From the NCBI GenBank assembly GCA_000320545.1, contig ADNK01000875.1:186001-250000 (forward strand): 64,000 bases of DNA, written 5' to 3'. This DNA comes from Bigelowiella natans CCMP2755 (taxonomy: Eukaryota; Protista; Cercozoa). Under the pieces are notes generated by a model. The model saw nothing but the letters and a program-made list of their open reading frames with translations, made no database searches and was not told the origin of the DNA. Within the stretch, counting starts at the first letter, position 1, and every line of letters starts with the position of its first letter. Position numbers and translations under genes: made by a program. Below, piece by piece: positions 38,513 through 51,619 of the stretch.

Positions 38513-41508
38513 CAGTAGAACGTTCATGATAGGGTGAGTAGATGTGCATCGTGTCGTGTGTTAGCAACGGTAAAAAGCATGGCTGCTCTCTAGGTTCATG
38601 CATTTGATGCTAATATATAGCTCATTATTCTTTCGTAATTGTTATGATGATGTGGTGCTTATTCTGTCCTCTCTTGTCGTCGATGTATATTCATTAAAAG
38701 TCAACTACAGCACCTATTCTTTGCTTTCTTCATGTATTTTTTGTTCTTCTTCCCCCCAGCGTTATCGGTGGCGTAGAATTCTCTAAATCGGTTAAGGCGG
38801 TTTTCGCGTTTTTTACTATCGAATTCTTCGACGATTGCCATAAGTTCTGATCTCTTGTTCTTGTTCTGGAGGGGTTGGGGAGGGGGTGGGGGGGGGGCGT
38901 GTAAGGTACTACTCAGTGGCAGTCTTGCACAACCTTGCACAACTACTGGTAACATTAATAACAGTCGAAGACAGCGAAAGATTAAGAAAACCAATAAAAA
39001 TGCTTTGCAGCAGCGTCGTTTATCACAATCATGATGATCATCATCACCACCAACCACTACCACACCTTTCTCTTCTTTCGTTTCTTCTTGCTCGATCCCG
39101 GCTGGCTACTATCATCATCGTCGTCGAAGCAGTCACCAAAAGAGTAGTCGGGCTGTCGCTGCTTGTTCTTCGTGATCTGCAGCCTACTTCCGCGTCCCTT
39201 GCGTTTGCCTCCGGACATGTTTAACATTACCTTACTACCAGAAGGTCTCCCACCACTGCAGGGTTGCAGTTAGTAAGAAGTAGAGTCAGCAATGGGGTGG
39301 TGGGTGGGTGGTGGTATTTATTTAGTTGGCGGTGGGAAACAGATGGAGATGATGTAAATAATAGGAAGTAGTGTGTAAGTAGTGTGTATTTGATGATTGT
39401 GGGTCGTCGTTGCATTGCGATCTTGCAAGGACATCGCTTTGATATCGCATGTCCTCTTTGGTCTACTACTATCCAATTGAAAGGATGCAATGATGACGAT
39501 GATATTAGATGCCCTGCTGCTGCTGCAAATTGCAGCAGTAAGTAGCAGCAGCCAGAGGGCATGTATTACCATCGTCAAAAACACCACATAACGACGATGA
39601 TCTGCAATACTCGTGATTCAGCATATGCTGCGTATACGTACATATCTATGGGAGGCTAGCTACTACCCGAGAGGAAGGGGTTCGTTGTCCCAATCGATCG
39701 TTGCCAAAGTACCCGCTTGCTGCGCACCCTTGATCTTCAAGGCCAAGTACATCTCCACCTGCCTCTTTTGTGAGCTCTTAACCGAATTGAACGCCCGCGT
39801 TACGTATCGTTGCTGAATTGAAGATGGGAGATGGAAAATATATGTGATGATGATGATGATAATGATGATGATGATTATGTCTCTATGGTGCGTTCCAATC
39901 TGTTCCAAGAATGATTGTTCGAGAGGCGGTAGAATTTGTATGGTAGTGTGCGAGTCTAGGACCAGAGATGGAGGATATTGCTGCATCTGTTGCTTCTGCT
40001 GCTGCTTGTTTGAAGGTGACTTTGGTCCAAAACGGGACTTTCGATTAGTACCGCTGGGAGATAATAACGCTGCTGCTGAGTGTGTCGAAGAGGAGGAGGA
40101 GGAGGAGTGCGTCGCGCCGACTATCTGAGCGTATGAAAACTTCCTCTTCTGCTGTCCAGCTGTTCAGCAACATATCAATACAACAAAGTTATCGAATGAG
40201 AATTAGTTGTTCCAGAGAAATCTAATAACAACCCTAACCCCGTCCTCGACCCTCAAAGAGCTCCTACACCAATGCAGCACGTGTGCGATGTGCTGGAACT
40301 AATTTCGTCATTGCTGACCTGCTTGCTGATAGGAAGAGGGTGGACGTACTGCTCTGTAGGTGGAAGGGGGGGCGACTTGGGAGTAGGATCGGGGAGGTGG
40401 AACTGCATTGTGAGCAAAGGAGGAGGAGGAGGAGGAGGAGGAGGAGGAGGACATTGTTTTGTTCGCGCCATTCTGGTTGGTAGCGCTTGCTGTTACAGTT
40501 GTTCGCTGCATGGCTGCAGGAACTTTTCCAAGGCTGCCCTGTTGGTTCGTCTTCTTGTTATGGTGCTGCATGTGAGCCTGCACAGCTTTAGGGTAGTAGT
40601 GCTGTTGCTGCTGCTGGTATTGCTGTGGATAAGCTCCATTCCATGCGTATCCTGCAGGAGGAGGACAACACATCATACCGCGCACCGAATCATTTTGCTC
40701 GCCATACATTCGTCCATGCAAAAAGAAACCAAAAAATAATTGTCCTTTTTTTCACAAAACTTCGAGGGCGTTCCAGTAAATATGCCGAGATGTTTAGTGG
40801 GTGGAAGGAAATGACGTTGATGACCTTGAGTCTGCATACTCTGCCAGTACTGCTGTTGCTGCTGTGGAAGAAAATTGGTATTCAGTAGAATCATATAAGG
40901 CGATGGCATTTAAAATTGCTGTACCGCATATGCGTATTGATTCCCGTAAGCGGCAGCCGCATACTGCTGCTGCTGCTGCTGCTGGTATGGATTATACCCC
41001 CATCCTAAGGAAGATGATTCCATATGATGTATCCTCACAGAAGGGGGAAATTAGACGATTAGTATACCGTTATATGCTCCAGCCTGTTGACCATAATTTT
41101 GATATCCTTGCATCCAATTTTGTTGCTGCTGTTTCTGCTGCTGCTGCTGCTGCTGCATAGCGTACTGCTGGTACACAGTTTGGCCTGTCTGCATAACGTT
41201 TGCCGTGTTGTTGCCTGTTGGTGTTGTTCCCGGGGGATTGGGGTTCACCACTGGCTGTTGCGAACCCGGCAGAGGGGGAGCCCTTGAGTTGGCAAAATGC
41301 AATTAGTGCATCACGCATGTGTACGTGAGCGATTCAATGAATTGTTCTTGCTCCGCATGAAATGAAAGCAGGGCAGGATAAATATGAACATGCAAATGAA
41401 AATGGGAAAAAAATCATTTTCCGAGAGTAGAATCATTGTTGGAAGTAGAAACAAAGGGTAAGGGGAGATCTATCTAGGATGAAAGGACCCTGGATTAGCT
41501 CCCGCCAT
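36647..41508 (-). CDS. LENG8: LENG8/THP3/SAC3A-like SAC3-GANP-PCI domain protein with Q/P/Y-rich N-terminus; many microsatellite-containing introns
   Basis: Conserved motifs: [82 protein letters not shown] and KVPVSYLTRTLNFE. Start and end exons are approximate. Confidence 0.85.
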
Positions 41509-42019
41509 TGTGTGTGAGAATTCAGCCCTGGGAGAGCCCTTTCTTCGCGTTCAAAACCTAAAATGACGTTTATTATAAATGAAAAAATATTAATTATTTA
41601 TTGACGCAGATAGTATATCATGCTATCTTTGACTGAAATGATTGGAAGACTCTGTTGAAACTATTCCGAGAAAGAACGCAGGTCGTTTGAGTATATCTTC
41701 TAATGCAGGTCATTTATACAGAATATTCGCTGCATCCGGCAAGAACTAGCAAAAATTCTCAGGCCGATTCGTTTCAAGTCAGGACAAGAGGTCTGAAGGC
41801 TCCAAATAGAAGTAAGGGCATAGGAATCCAATTGATACAGTTCTAGCGACATATAATTTATTGTGTCGTTACATGAAATATAGCCTATTTTAGAGTTTCT
41901 GTGGCTCATCCCCACATCTGACTAAACCTGTTTCGAAACGATAGAGTAACTTACATCGCCCCCTCCATCCGACCTCCAACCAAGCATTTAGGAGGGGTCT
42001 CGAAACCCAACCAACAACG

Positions 42020-45000
42020 ATGATACCAAACGTTGGGAGGGATATACAGGCACGCCCAAGGGAGGGCAGGGCACCTATAAAGCTCGACTATTTGTTCGGG
42101 CTGCAGACCACCGTGAATAGCAATATTCACTACATTGATGAAGCTGAGGTAGCGAAACACAACTTTGTTAAACTCTTTATGTAAATGATCCCAGGATACC
42201 TTCTTCGATAGGATTCTTGGGTTAAAATTATATTTGCATTCATAGAGTGTGCCAAAAATAAATATTCAAATCTGCATCTCGAATACATTCGTGCAATAGG
42301 AGCGGCTTAACTTGCTTTGGGATCACGGCATGATATGATGAGACATGCAGATCCACAGAACCTAACTATGTTGTGTCTGAATCAAATAGGTGGTGTACCC
42401 GTGCGGGCACAACGTAATCGTTTATGATACGGAGAAAAGGACCCAAAAGTTCATTCATAACCTTTCGAATCTTGGCTCTGGTGGGATATCAGCGATGGCA
42501 ACTGGGAGCGGTATAAAAGGAAAGTTACTCGCGGTTGCGGAAAGAGGAACTGAAAAGAAATCTCCACAGATTACAGTGTACGATTTAGAAACTAGGAAAA
42601 AACGTAGGCCCTCTTTCACGCCGGACCAGCAGTCAGCGGATATAATCAGTATCGCCTTTTCGCCAGATGGTCAAAATCTTCTGACTCTTGGCGGAGCTCC
42701 GGACTGGGTGCTTGTGAATTGGAATTGGGCAAAAGGGAGAGCAACACACAAAGCCAAAATCTCGAATCCTACGGGTGCACAGATTTATCAATGTTCCTTC
42801 TGTCCCACAGACCCTTGGTGCGTTTGCGTGTCGGGTGATGGGATTTTGAAGTTCCTTCGCGCTGAGATGAGCGAGTTTCGCGCTATTAGATACAATTTGG
42901 GTAATCGGGAACCACAGAACTATCTCTGCCATGCGTGGGTCGACGTCAGATTGCTTGTCGGGACAGATACGGTTTGTATTCAATGCCTTTCCTCCTAGTT
43001 CAAAAGAAACGTTAGTCAACGATGTATCTGAAGAACTCTCTACCACTCTCTCAATTATTTATATGTATCCCTTTGTTTTTAGGGCGACATATTGGTGTTC
43101 GTGAATGCTGAGTATCGTGGAGTTTTGGACTCCTCGCCTTCCAACGGGGAATCAATCACTTGCCTTGCTACTTACTCCAAAGGGTTTGTTGCGGGTTGTG
43201 ACCAAGCATTGCTGTACGTATTTGAAAGAGATGAGAAGAAGATGTATAAGCAGACCCGATCGTTCCAGATAGATGGAAGCTATAAAAGTATTAAAAATGT
43301 CGCGATAAGCCCCACTGAGGATAATGTGGCCTGCACCCTTGAGAATAGCCAGGCCTACGTTCTGAGCATTTCGAATAGTGACATCCAGGTACCAGAGGAT
43401 ATGAGCTTTGAACCACTTGCCCTGCCTTTCCATGACAGCGCCATAACGGGACTCGACACTTGTCTGAGGAAACCTTTGGTAGCGACTTGCGGTCTCGACA
43501 AAAGCGTCAGAGTGTGGAACTACTTGGAGAAGACGATCGAATGCATTCGATTCTTCAAAGACGAGCCCTACAGCGTCTCGCTCCACCCATCTGGATTTCA
43601 TATTCTGGTTGGATTTTCCAACAATCTTTGCCTCTTCAATGTCCTCATGGATGAGATCAAGCTCTGTAAAGAGTTTGAGATAAAATCGTGCAATGAATGC
43701 CACTTCAGCAACGGGGGGCACCTCTTCGCTGCGGCCGACGGTTCGGACATCCTGATATACCAAACTTACACATGCGAGAAGATTGCAAAACTCTCAGGGC
43801 ACACAGGTAAGGTGACCTCTATAAATTGGGCAGAAAACGATAGGGCGCTCTTCTCTTCAGGCGTCGACGGCTCAATTTTTAGCTGGAATGTAAGAGCATG
43901 GAACAAGCTGTACGATCACAACCAGAAAGGTTGCAACTACACCTGCGTGCAGGGTGCTCCCGATAAGCGTATCTTTGCTGTTGGCTCCGACCGTCGTCTA
44001 AAGCTAGTTAGTGAGAAGGAGGAGGATACTGTGAGTTCGCCAGAGATGAAGTTTTCGATCTCGCAGCTTACGACCTCTCCAGCCCAACGACTGCTTTTTG
44101 GGGGCTCGACGCGCGGGTTCATTGCAGTAGCGCAGATGGACTTGGAGAATGGGATAGTGTATTCCACTACCTGCCATGAGGGCCGTTGTACTCGCATGCG
44201 CATTTCGGCAGACTCTAAGTATCTCTTCACCGTCGCAGAGGACGGTAATTTAGCTATGTTTGAGATCCGTGATCTGGAAAAGAAGAAGCAAAAGCAAGAG
44301 AAGACTAAGGAAGTTGGGCGGCTACCATGGTCAGATGATATCCTCGTATCGCGCAAGAACCTAGAGTCAAAGCTGAAGATGATGACTGAATTGAAATCGA
44401 AAGTCGAGGAGCTTCAGCATCAGAACCAGGTGCAGCTAGAGCAGCGAAATACAATCTACAAGAAGAAGATGGGGGAGGTCGAGAAAAAGTTCCTCTCCGA
44501 GCTGATGCTTGATGAGAAGCGCTTTAAGGATTTGCAGGCGGAGAAATCTACACTCTCGATGACGTTTGAGAAGAAGATGTTCGCCATGAAGGAGCTCCAC
44601 GAGAAGAAAATCGAAAAACTAAAGGAGCACCACTCCCAGAAGATGACGACTGAGAAGGAAAGAATGGATGATTTGGAGGAAAAGATGACGAAGTCTGCTG
44701 CCCAGTGGACCCTTCAGCTCGAAGAACTGCAACAGCGTTATGAGTCTGAGCTCAGGAGATTGGCCGTGGATCAGGAAGATGAGATTCAAGCCGCCAATGT
44801 TAAGAGAACGAAGGCTCTCTATGAAAAGGGTGAGGTGCAAAAGGACTTCAGGGAGACGGAGAAATTGATGGAGGACGAGACAACTTATGAGTTTGAAGAC
44901 CTCAAGATCAAGTACGATAAGCGCCTTGTCGAGGAGCAGAAACTGACTGTCTCGCTGAAGGATCAGAATGCAATCCTCCGCCGGCAGTTCAACAAGCTCC

Positions 45001-46034
45001 GGGTCAAGATTAAAACAAATGATACTGAGCTCGAAGACAAGACAAAGCTCAAGGAGAACCGCAAACAGCGGATAAAGAATTTGCAAGGCGATATCGAGTC
45101 TCACAAGAATGAAATAGAAGATCGTGAAACAACAATCGTTGAGAAGGAAAAGACGATTCAAGACCTGAGGAAAAAGAACCAAGAGCTAGAGAAATTTAAG
45201 TTTGTTCTGGATTACAAAATATCTGAGCTCAAGAGTCAGAACGCGCCCCGCGAGAAAGAATCTAAGTCTTACGTCGCACAACTCGCTGAGATGTCGCAAG
45301 AGGTAAGGAAGTACGAAATCAAGAATTCCAACCTGAAGCTGGGTGTGGAGGATTGTCAGCAAAAGCTGGAGGGCGTCGGCAAGTCTATCGACAAGCAGCA
45401 GAAGGAGATCAATGGCGTGCTCCACACTAAGCATAAGATTCAGGTCGAGCTCAAAGAGCTCAGCAAGATAACAGATTACAAAGAGCGCAAGTCCTTTGTA
45501 AAGTCTTTACACATGAGATATTCCCGTCCGGAGGCAAACCAAAAGAAGAAGAAAGCAGAGTCGAACCCAGATGGCACCAGCAAAGAATATATACGCAACC
45601 GAACCTATCTAGAGAAGACGGTAGAATCCCTCAAGCGCCAGATTAAGAAAGACGTCAGCGCTAACAAACGGGACTACGACAGAATTATTAGAGAGAATGT
45701 TATTCTTGTCAGGGAAATTAACACATTGCGTCGGGAATTTCAGACAAGCGCTGAGACAATTAAGATCAAGGAAATTCGTGCGGAGAAGAAAAGGCGTGAG
45801 CGACAGAAAAATGCGATGTCTAGATCGGGTACAGTTTCAAGGTCAGAGCAGGCAAAATCTCAAGATAACAGTGAGGACACAAAGAGGCAGATAGAGGTTC
45901 AGCAGGAGCAAATTTTGAATTTAAAACAACAACTCGAAGAGTTACTAGAGCAAGAACGGATACAGCAGAGTGAGGAACAGATGCAAATTCGCCCAGGATC
46001 TGCGCAAAAACTTCCCCCAGTTTCACGGCCGTGA
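42020..46034 (+). CDS. CFAP57: Cilia- and flagella-associated protein 57 (WD40 + long coiled coil), ~1,220 aa; exons 42020-42148, 42390-42971, 43083-46034
   Basis: Motifs: YLFGLQTTVNSNIHYIDEAE-VVYPCGHN, ITGLDTCLRKPLVATCGLDKSVRVWNY, SVSLHPSGFHILVGF, LRKKNQELEKFKFVLDYKISELK and RIIRENVILVREINTLRRE. Both introns are phase 0 GT-AG. Confidence 0.93.
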
Positions 46035-46539
46035 TAGCTGTGTGGTAGAACTGATATATGTCTGCAGAAGCAGTGTAAAGAAGTACTCAAGTATCATTCG
46101 GTATGACCTTTACTGACTTTTATACATATATTGGCGGCGTGTGTGTTTTCTGTGTTTTGTGTGTCGTTACTCACTGAGCGCCTCGCTCCCATGCATCTCA
46201 TGTATCTAAATACAGAAGATATGCGCCGATCGCTATTTTGCATTGTTGCCAACTTTGTAATTAGCATTGAAGCATTTCTCTGCGCGACATGCGAGCTATC
46301 AGATGTGACGTGTCGTCTAGGTGTTTCAACCACGTGCTGAACTCATCAAAGCACAGAATTAGGCTTTGCATGATGTAAATGAATGCCGCGTATGCTTGCA
46401 TGACATCGATCGCGCTAATGCACCAATCTGTCGTTCGTCGCGCCATGCGAGCGAGACGTGGGGGCTGTACGTAAAGAAGCTAAGTGATCAAATCTATGAA
46501 GCCTTTTCTCATGGTCATCCTATGAGATGTAGCTGTTGT

Positions 46540-47900
46540 GCAAAGCATCGGGCCATGCAGTAACAACAAGCCTGTCAATGGACAGGAGGAAGAATGCACA
46601 CAAAAAACAAGCCTTGTGGAACACATCACTCAACCTGCAAGGAAAAATGAAAAGAAAGGAACGTGGCAAGTGCTTGGGATTGTGGTTTGACGAAAGATTG
46701 ACTTTCGAAAAGCACGCCCTTTTCGTGCATCTGAAGCTGCAGAAAAAGAGAAGATTCTTGCTCAGGCTGTGCTCCACCCGATCACACATGCCATTCGATT
46801 CAACGTGAGAACAAAGTTTTGTGACACATGGTTCACAGTCACAAGCAGACATGTCGCACCCATGTGGAGGTCCCGTGAAAACCCAAAAGTGAAGCGGCTG
46901 GATTCCATGGAATCACAAACACTGAAAAGAGTGCTGGGATCACCAGCATCCATTTCCAATGACACACCCCATGCACTAGCGACAACATTGCCACCACGTC
47001 ATCGCACACAAGTTCAATGCACCAAAGCATGGTTGCGAGTTGCGAACCAATGCATGGGTGAATGAAAATGACGGCAACGGTCACGTGGCAGAAGAAGAAG
47101 TGCTCAATTGGAGCTCTTTCGGATGCCATGTTGAATCTTCACTGGAACACAAATGACATGACACAACTAGGTCGTGGAACAGAGTGTCCTTGCACCGCCG
47201 ACTCAGTTTGATCACAACCAAATTGCTTGGAGCGGAACACTCCACAATGCGTGCCACAAACAAGACACCAAAAAAGAAATTGAACACACACAGCAAAGTG
47301 ATCATGCGGACCGCTGCATCTGACTTCAAAATGAACTGGTGCCAAGAGGGAACAAAGGCCATGCATTTGAAGAAACTTGGTTTCATGCCTGGCTCTCGCA
47401 CAACAGGAATCACATTGAAGCTGCCAAGTGTCGCCACATCATGGATGCGCGCCATCTGTGGTGTTGGCAACCTTGGAACTTTTGTCTTGCTGTCCAGAGG
47501 ACAACGCACAGAATTGAAAGCAATGTGCGACACATGCAACACATTGCAAGACATGGACCACATTCTGCAATGCAGGAAATGCGGACCACAGAGACTCAGA
47601 ATCAACAAACAACTGACGGCGATCATGGATCGCAACGATGAAACTACGCGTCTCACAACCACAGAAAAATTGACTCGCAAAGCTGCGCGCAAAGCACGAC
47701 ATGCTGGACCAAATCACAATGCATTTTCATGCATGCAACATGTGACCAAGGAAACAAACAGATTCAATTTGAGCGCTGCAGCCGCTGCTTTCCACAGCTA
47801 CATTGGGATGACCATTGAAAAAATTTGAACATTTCATTGCATCCGTCTCACATGTACATGTGTGCATGCCTGGATTCACAATGATGTGTGTGCATGTAGC
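46540..47900 (+). mobile_element. 5'-truncated, frameshifted non-LTR (LINE) retrotransposon remnant: end of the RT domain, downstream helical region and CCHC knuckle; heavily TpA-depleted
   Basis: KCLGLWFDERLTFEKH corresponds to the RT motif KYLG..D..LTF..H. LDSMESQTLKRVLGSP and the knuckle CDTCNTLQDMDHILQC follow. The coding pieces lie in different frames (46536-46808, 46769-47065, 47184-47828). No target-site duplication was found. Confidence 0.8.
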
Positions 47901-48066
47901 ATGAAACATCTGCCGGCATTCTTAACAAGGGTGCATGGATATTCAAATATATACACAAGGGGGTTATTTTGTAATGTTTGACAAAATTCATTTGTACTTA
48001 AAGGCCTGATAGAGATTCGATACATTGTATGAAGAAAGCAACCAGACTGGGCGCTTTACGAGTAGC

Positions 48067-49192
48067 TTACACTTTGCCTCTAGTATTTGGCAGCCGACTA
48101 TCCATCCTCACGTGTTTGCTGACTTTCAAAGAGTTCCCAGCGCTAGCCCCCATCGGGGGCACCTATTTGAATAAGAAATGACGCTGCTACTGTGAATATA
48201 ACATGGAGCGGGAGAGATGCGTACCATCATGGAGCTGTGGCGACTTTTGTCAGCCTTGGTGAAAACACTCAGAACTATGTAGATCAAACAGATGATGGTC
48301 AAAACTCAGTTGTTTTTATCACCAGGCATCATCACGAAGACACACTGAGGAAGCTTTCTGATGACGACATAATAGGACCTCCAGCTTGAGTCCATTGGCT
48401 AGCATAACTGGCGTATTCAGGAAACTGCAAACACATATCATCATCGGGTTTGGGGAAAAAATGATGCTAACAAGAAGCGTCTTGCGGCTATTGAGGTCAT
48501 TTAAAAAAATTAGGTTGGTTCCTGCTACTATTCATCTGATAGACGGACATTTAACATGGTCGTTGTCTCGTTGTTTTTACCTTCATTTCCTTCTTTCCAT
48601 AACAGCTGTCACAGACAAGCTTCAATTTGACCCTAACGTATATTATAGATCAATCAATCAATACCACGTAAATTTCTGCTCGCGCAGGGTAGAGTTATTA
48701 GTATTTATTGACGAATTAAATACTTAATACGCCGCAGTTTCATCTAAGTAATACCAGAGGGAGGAGTTGTGATATCCAATCATCATCAACTTTATCATTG
48801 TCATCATCATCATCATCATCATCATTATCATCATCTCAGCAGCAGCAGCAGCAGCAGCAATAGCAGTAAATTCGCTTCATCATAATCATCATCATCATCA
48901 TAGCTCATCATCCACACACACGTACTTTCTTGTCGCACAAGACTTGCACACCACTATCCCGCACTCTCCACACTTTATGCGCCGCGTTCTGCGCCTGAAT
49001 GAACAATGTCATCCTCCGAAAGTAAGTATTCTTTACGATTGAATTCGATGATAAGAGTACGGAAATCGATCTACAGATGTTTCTGGTGTGTTTCTTACCC
49101 GTGTTTCTTCAGGCATAAGGTGCACACCTGGGATAAATAAAGTCACCGTCCACACATAATTTAGAATTATGCAATGAAACCGTATCGCCAAG

Positions 49193-49225
<33 letters not shown>

Positions 49226-49435
49226 ACGGTATAGTAGTAGGATGTATTACCCATTCCCCCCTTTTGAGAAGGGTAGACGGTCTCCTCGAGGAGTTCTGCG
49301 AGGCCAGTTGTAGCGACGATGATGCAAACGACGGGAACGATGCTGAATGATCGTATCATAATCATAAACAATTTATGGAAGTTGAGAAATCTATCACGAT
49401 CATCATGATCCTCATCATCATTCATCTGCTGTTTT

Positions 49436-49478
<43 letters not shown>

Positions 49479-51309
49479 TCATCACTCTCAAAGAGAAGCG
49501 GCGTCTACTATTACTACTACTACTGATAATATTACTACCTGGATCACTGCCCTGTTTCTGTTTTGCTGTGAGAGCGGATGTGAGAAAAAATGGTGAGGAC
49601 CGAGGGATGATACCGAATGTAGAAGGGGGGGGAGGCAACAGCTACAACAAACAGCACATCTCTCGTCTAGTACCTTTGTGCGCCGCTTCTTCGTCATCTC
49701 CATCGTCCTCATCCTCTTTGCTTCCTGTCGCTCCTGAAGAACACAATGGCAATCAATAAGAAACTTACAAACAGATAGGCAAACACACAAACAGACATAA
49801 AAGGAAGGAGGCTATAGTACAACAAACGTCTTTTCCTTTTTCATTCTTCCTTTCTCTACTCCTTTCTTTCTTTCCTTCTCTCCATCGTATCTATAAACTC
49901 ACGCACACTTAAGCACTGACCTGCTGCCGCGGCCACACCCCGACTGAACTGAGAGTCGATCTACACAGAGTGTAGTAGTAGTAGTAGTAGTAGTAGTAGT
50001 AATAGTAGTAGCAGAAGTAGCAACAATAGTAGTAGTAACAGGAGAGAAGGAGGAGGAGGAGGAGGAGGAGGAGGAGGAGGGGGAGCAGTAGACGACGAAG
50101 AGAAATGGTTAAAAAACGGGTCAACATCACATCACATCACATCTGCGGCGTATCTATCTATATGGTTGATTGGTTGGTAGCAAGGACCGGGGACTTGCTC
50201 TCATTGGCGATTTGAATCTGCTCGGTTATATACTTGTCCAGCGCCGTCGCCCTGAGAATAATTCACACAGCATGCATGGATATCGGCGATGATGAGGTGG
50301 AAGAAAGGATGGGGAGGAGGAGAAGGAGGATGATTGAGGGGAATGGCTAAACACAGAGACAGCATCATAGGAAGGACTCAATGAGCTAGGAAAGATAGTA
50401 GTAAGCGTACTACTACGAAGTGCACACGGCGGTCTATCCTTGCTAGCCTTTTTCTCAGCAGTAGATCTTTCAATGACGAGCCTTGTCGACGACAGCAGCA
50501 GCAGCACCACGCACGCACGCACGCACACACGTACCATTTCTCTGCGGTTGGTTTGTTAGGAGCCAGTATTGTGAAGGACTTCTGGGAGGAGCAGATCTGT
50601 GTTTTGGGAAAGAAAGAATCACCACAACTTCAGGAGCGGCATATCTTGTGATGATGACGATGACGATGAAGATGATGATGATGATGACAACGATGATAAT
50701 GACTGAACATCCTCCTCTAAGAATATCCCCCTCCTCTCCCCTTTATCATAATTCTCCTCTTCATTTTGTTACGCTGTCAAGTTGCTCCTAAATTGATGAA
50801 GAAGCTGATACTCGTTATTATATAAGTACAACCTTGACTTTGAGGTCGTCGTTCTCATGCTGTTTTAAGCGGCACAAGACGAGGTGTAGCATACGATGGA
50901 TTGAATACGATCTGTACAGCAGCAGCAGTATACGGAGGAGGGAAGAAAGAGACAACAACGACGACAGTATTAATCATAAATATTAATATTAATAATAATA
51001 CCACATCGTAATGATTTGTAGGTGTCCTCATTGCCGTTGTAGTCATTGTGGTAGCAAGAGTAGAGAAATCAAAAAGAGTAATATTTGCAGCGAGGGAGGA
51101 CGAAAAAGTACAGGACTGACGATGCAAATCACATCTTATCTTCCATCTCATCATCATCATCATCACCCTTAACATACCCGTTGCTTCTCTTCTCTCCGTA
51201 CACGAGGATGTCATTGAAGAGGAAGAACGTGTAAGTTTGCTTCTTGTTGGTGCTCTCCGACACCTTGAGCATGTCTTCTTTCATGATGAAGACCCTGCAA
51301 ATAACATAC

Positions 51310-51344
<35 letters not shown>

Positions 51345-51582
51345 TACAACATCAAGAAGTTATCTATCAACGCCATTCCCTAGGCTGCTCTGCTTTGCAT
51401 CATCATCATCATCCTCATCATCCTCATCATTATTAAATTCTGTATGCAAGGCCCCCTCCCCCCCCCACACACACCTATGCGGCGCAATGATGACGTGTGA
51501 ATCTCCGAATTGCTTCTGCAGCTTCCCTAGCGCCTTTTCAACCAAGCAGCAGCAGCAGCAGGAGGAGGAGGAGGAGGAGAGG

Positions 51583-51619
<37 letters not shown>

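Noticed and set aside
46520-47717. Overlapping minus-strand ORFs in the LINE remnant as real genes
   Set aside because: They are an artefact of TAA/TAG loss through TpA depletion.
46563-47820. CpG methylation decay or fungal-type RIP as the cause of CA/TG richness
   Set aside because: CpG persists and TpA is lost rather than gained; the conserved Tyr->Cys change requires A->G.
48192-48727. Plus-strand ORFs 48192-48389 and 48386-48727
   Set aside because: They are antisense to the terminal exons of the ArfGEF-PH-FYVE gene.
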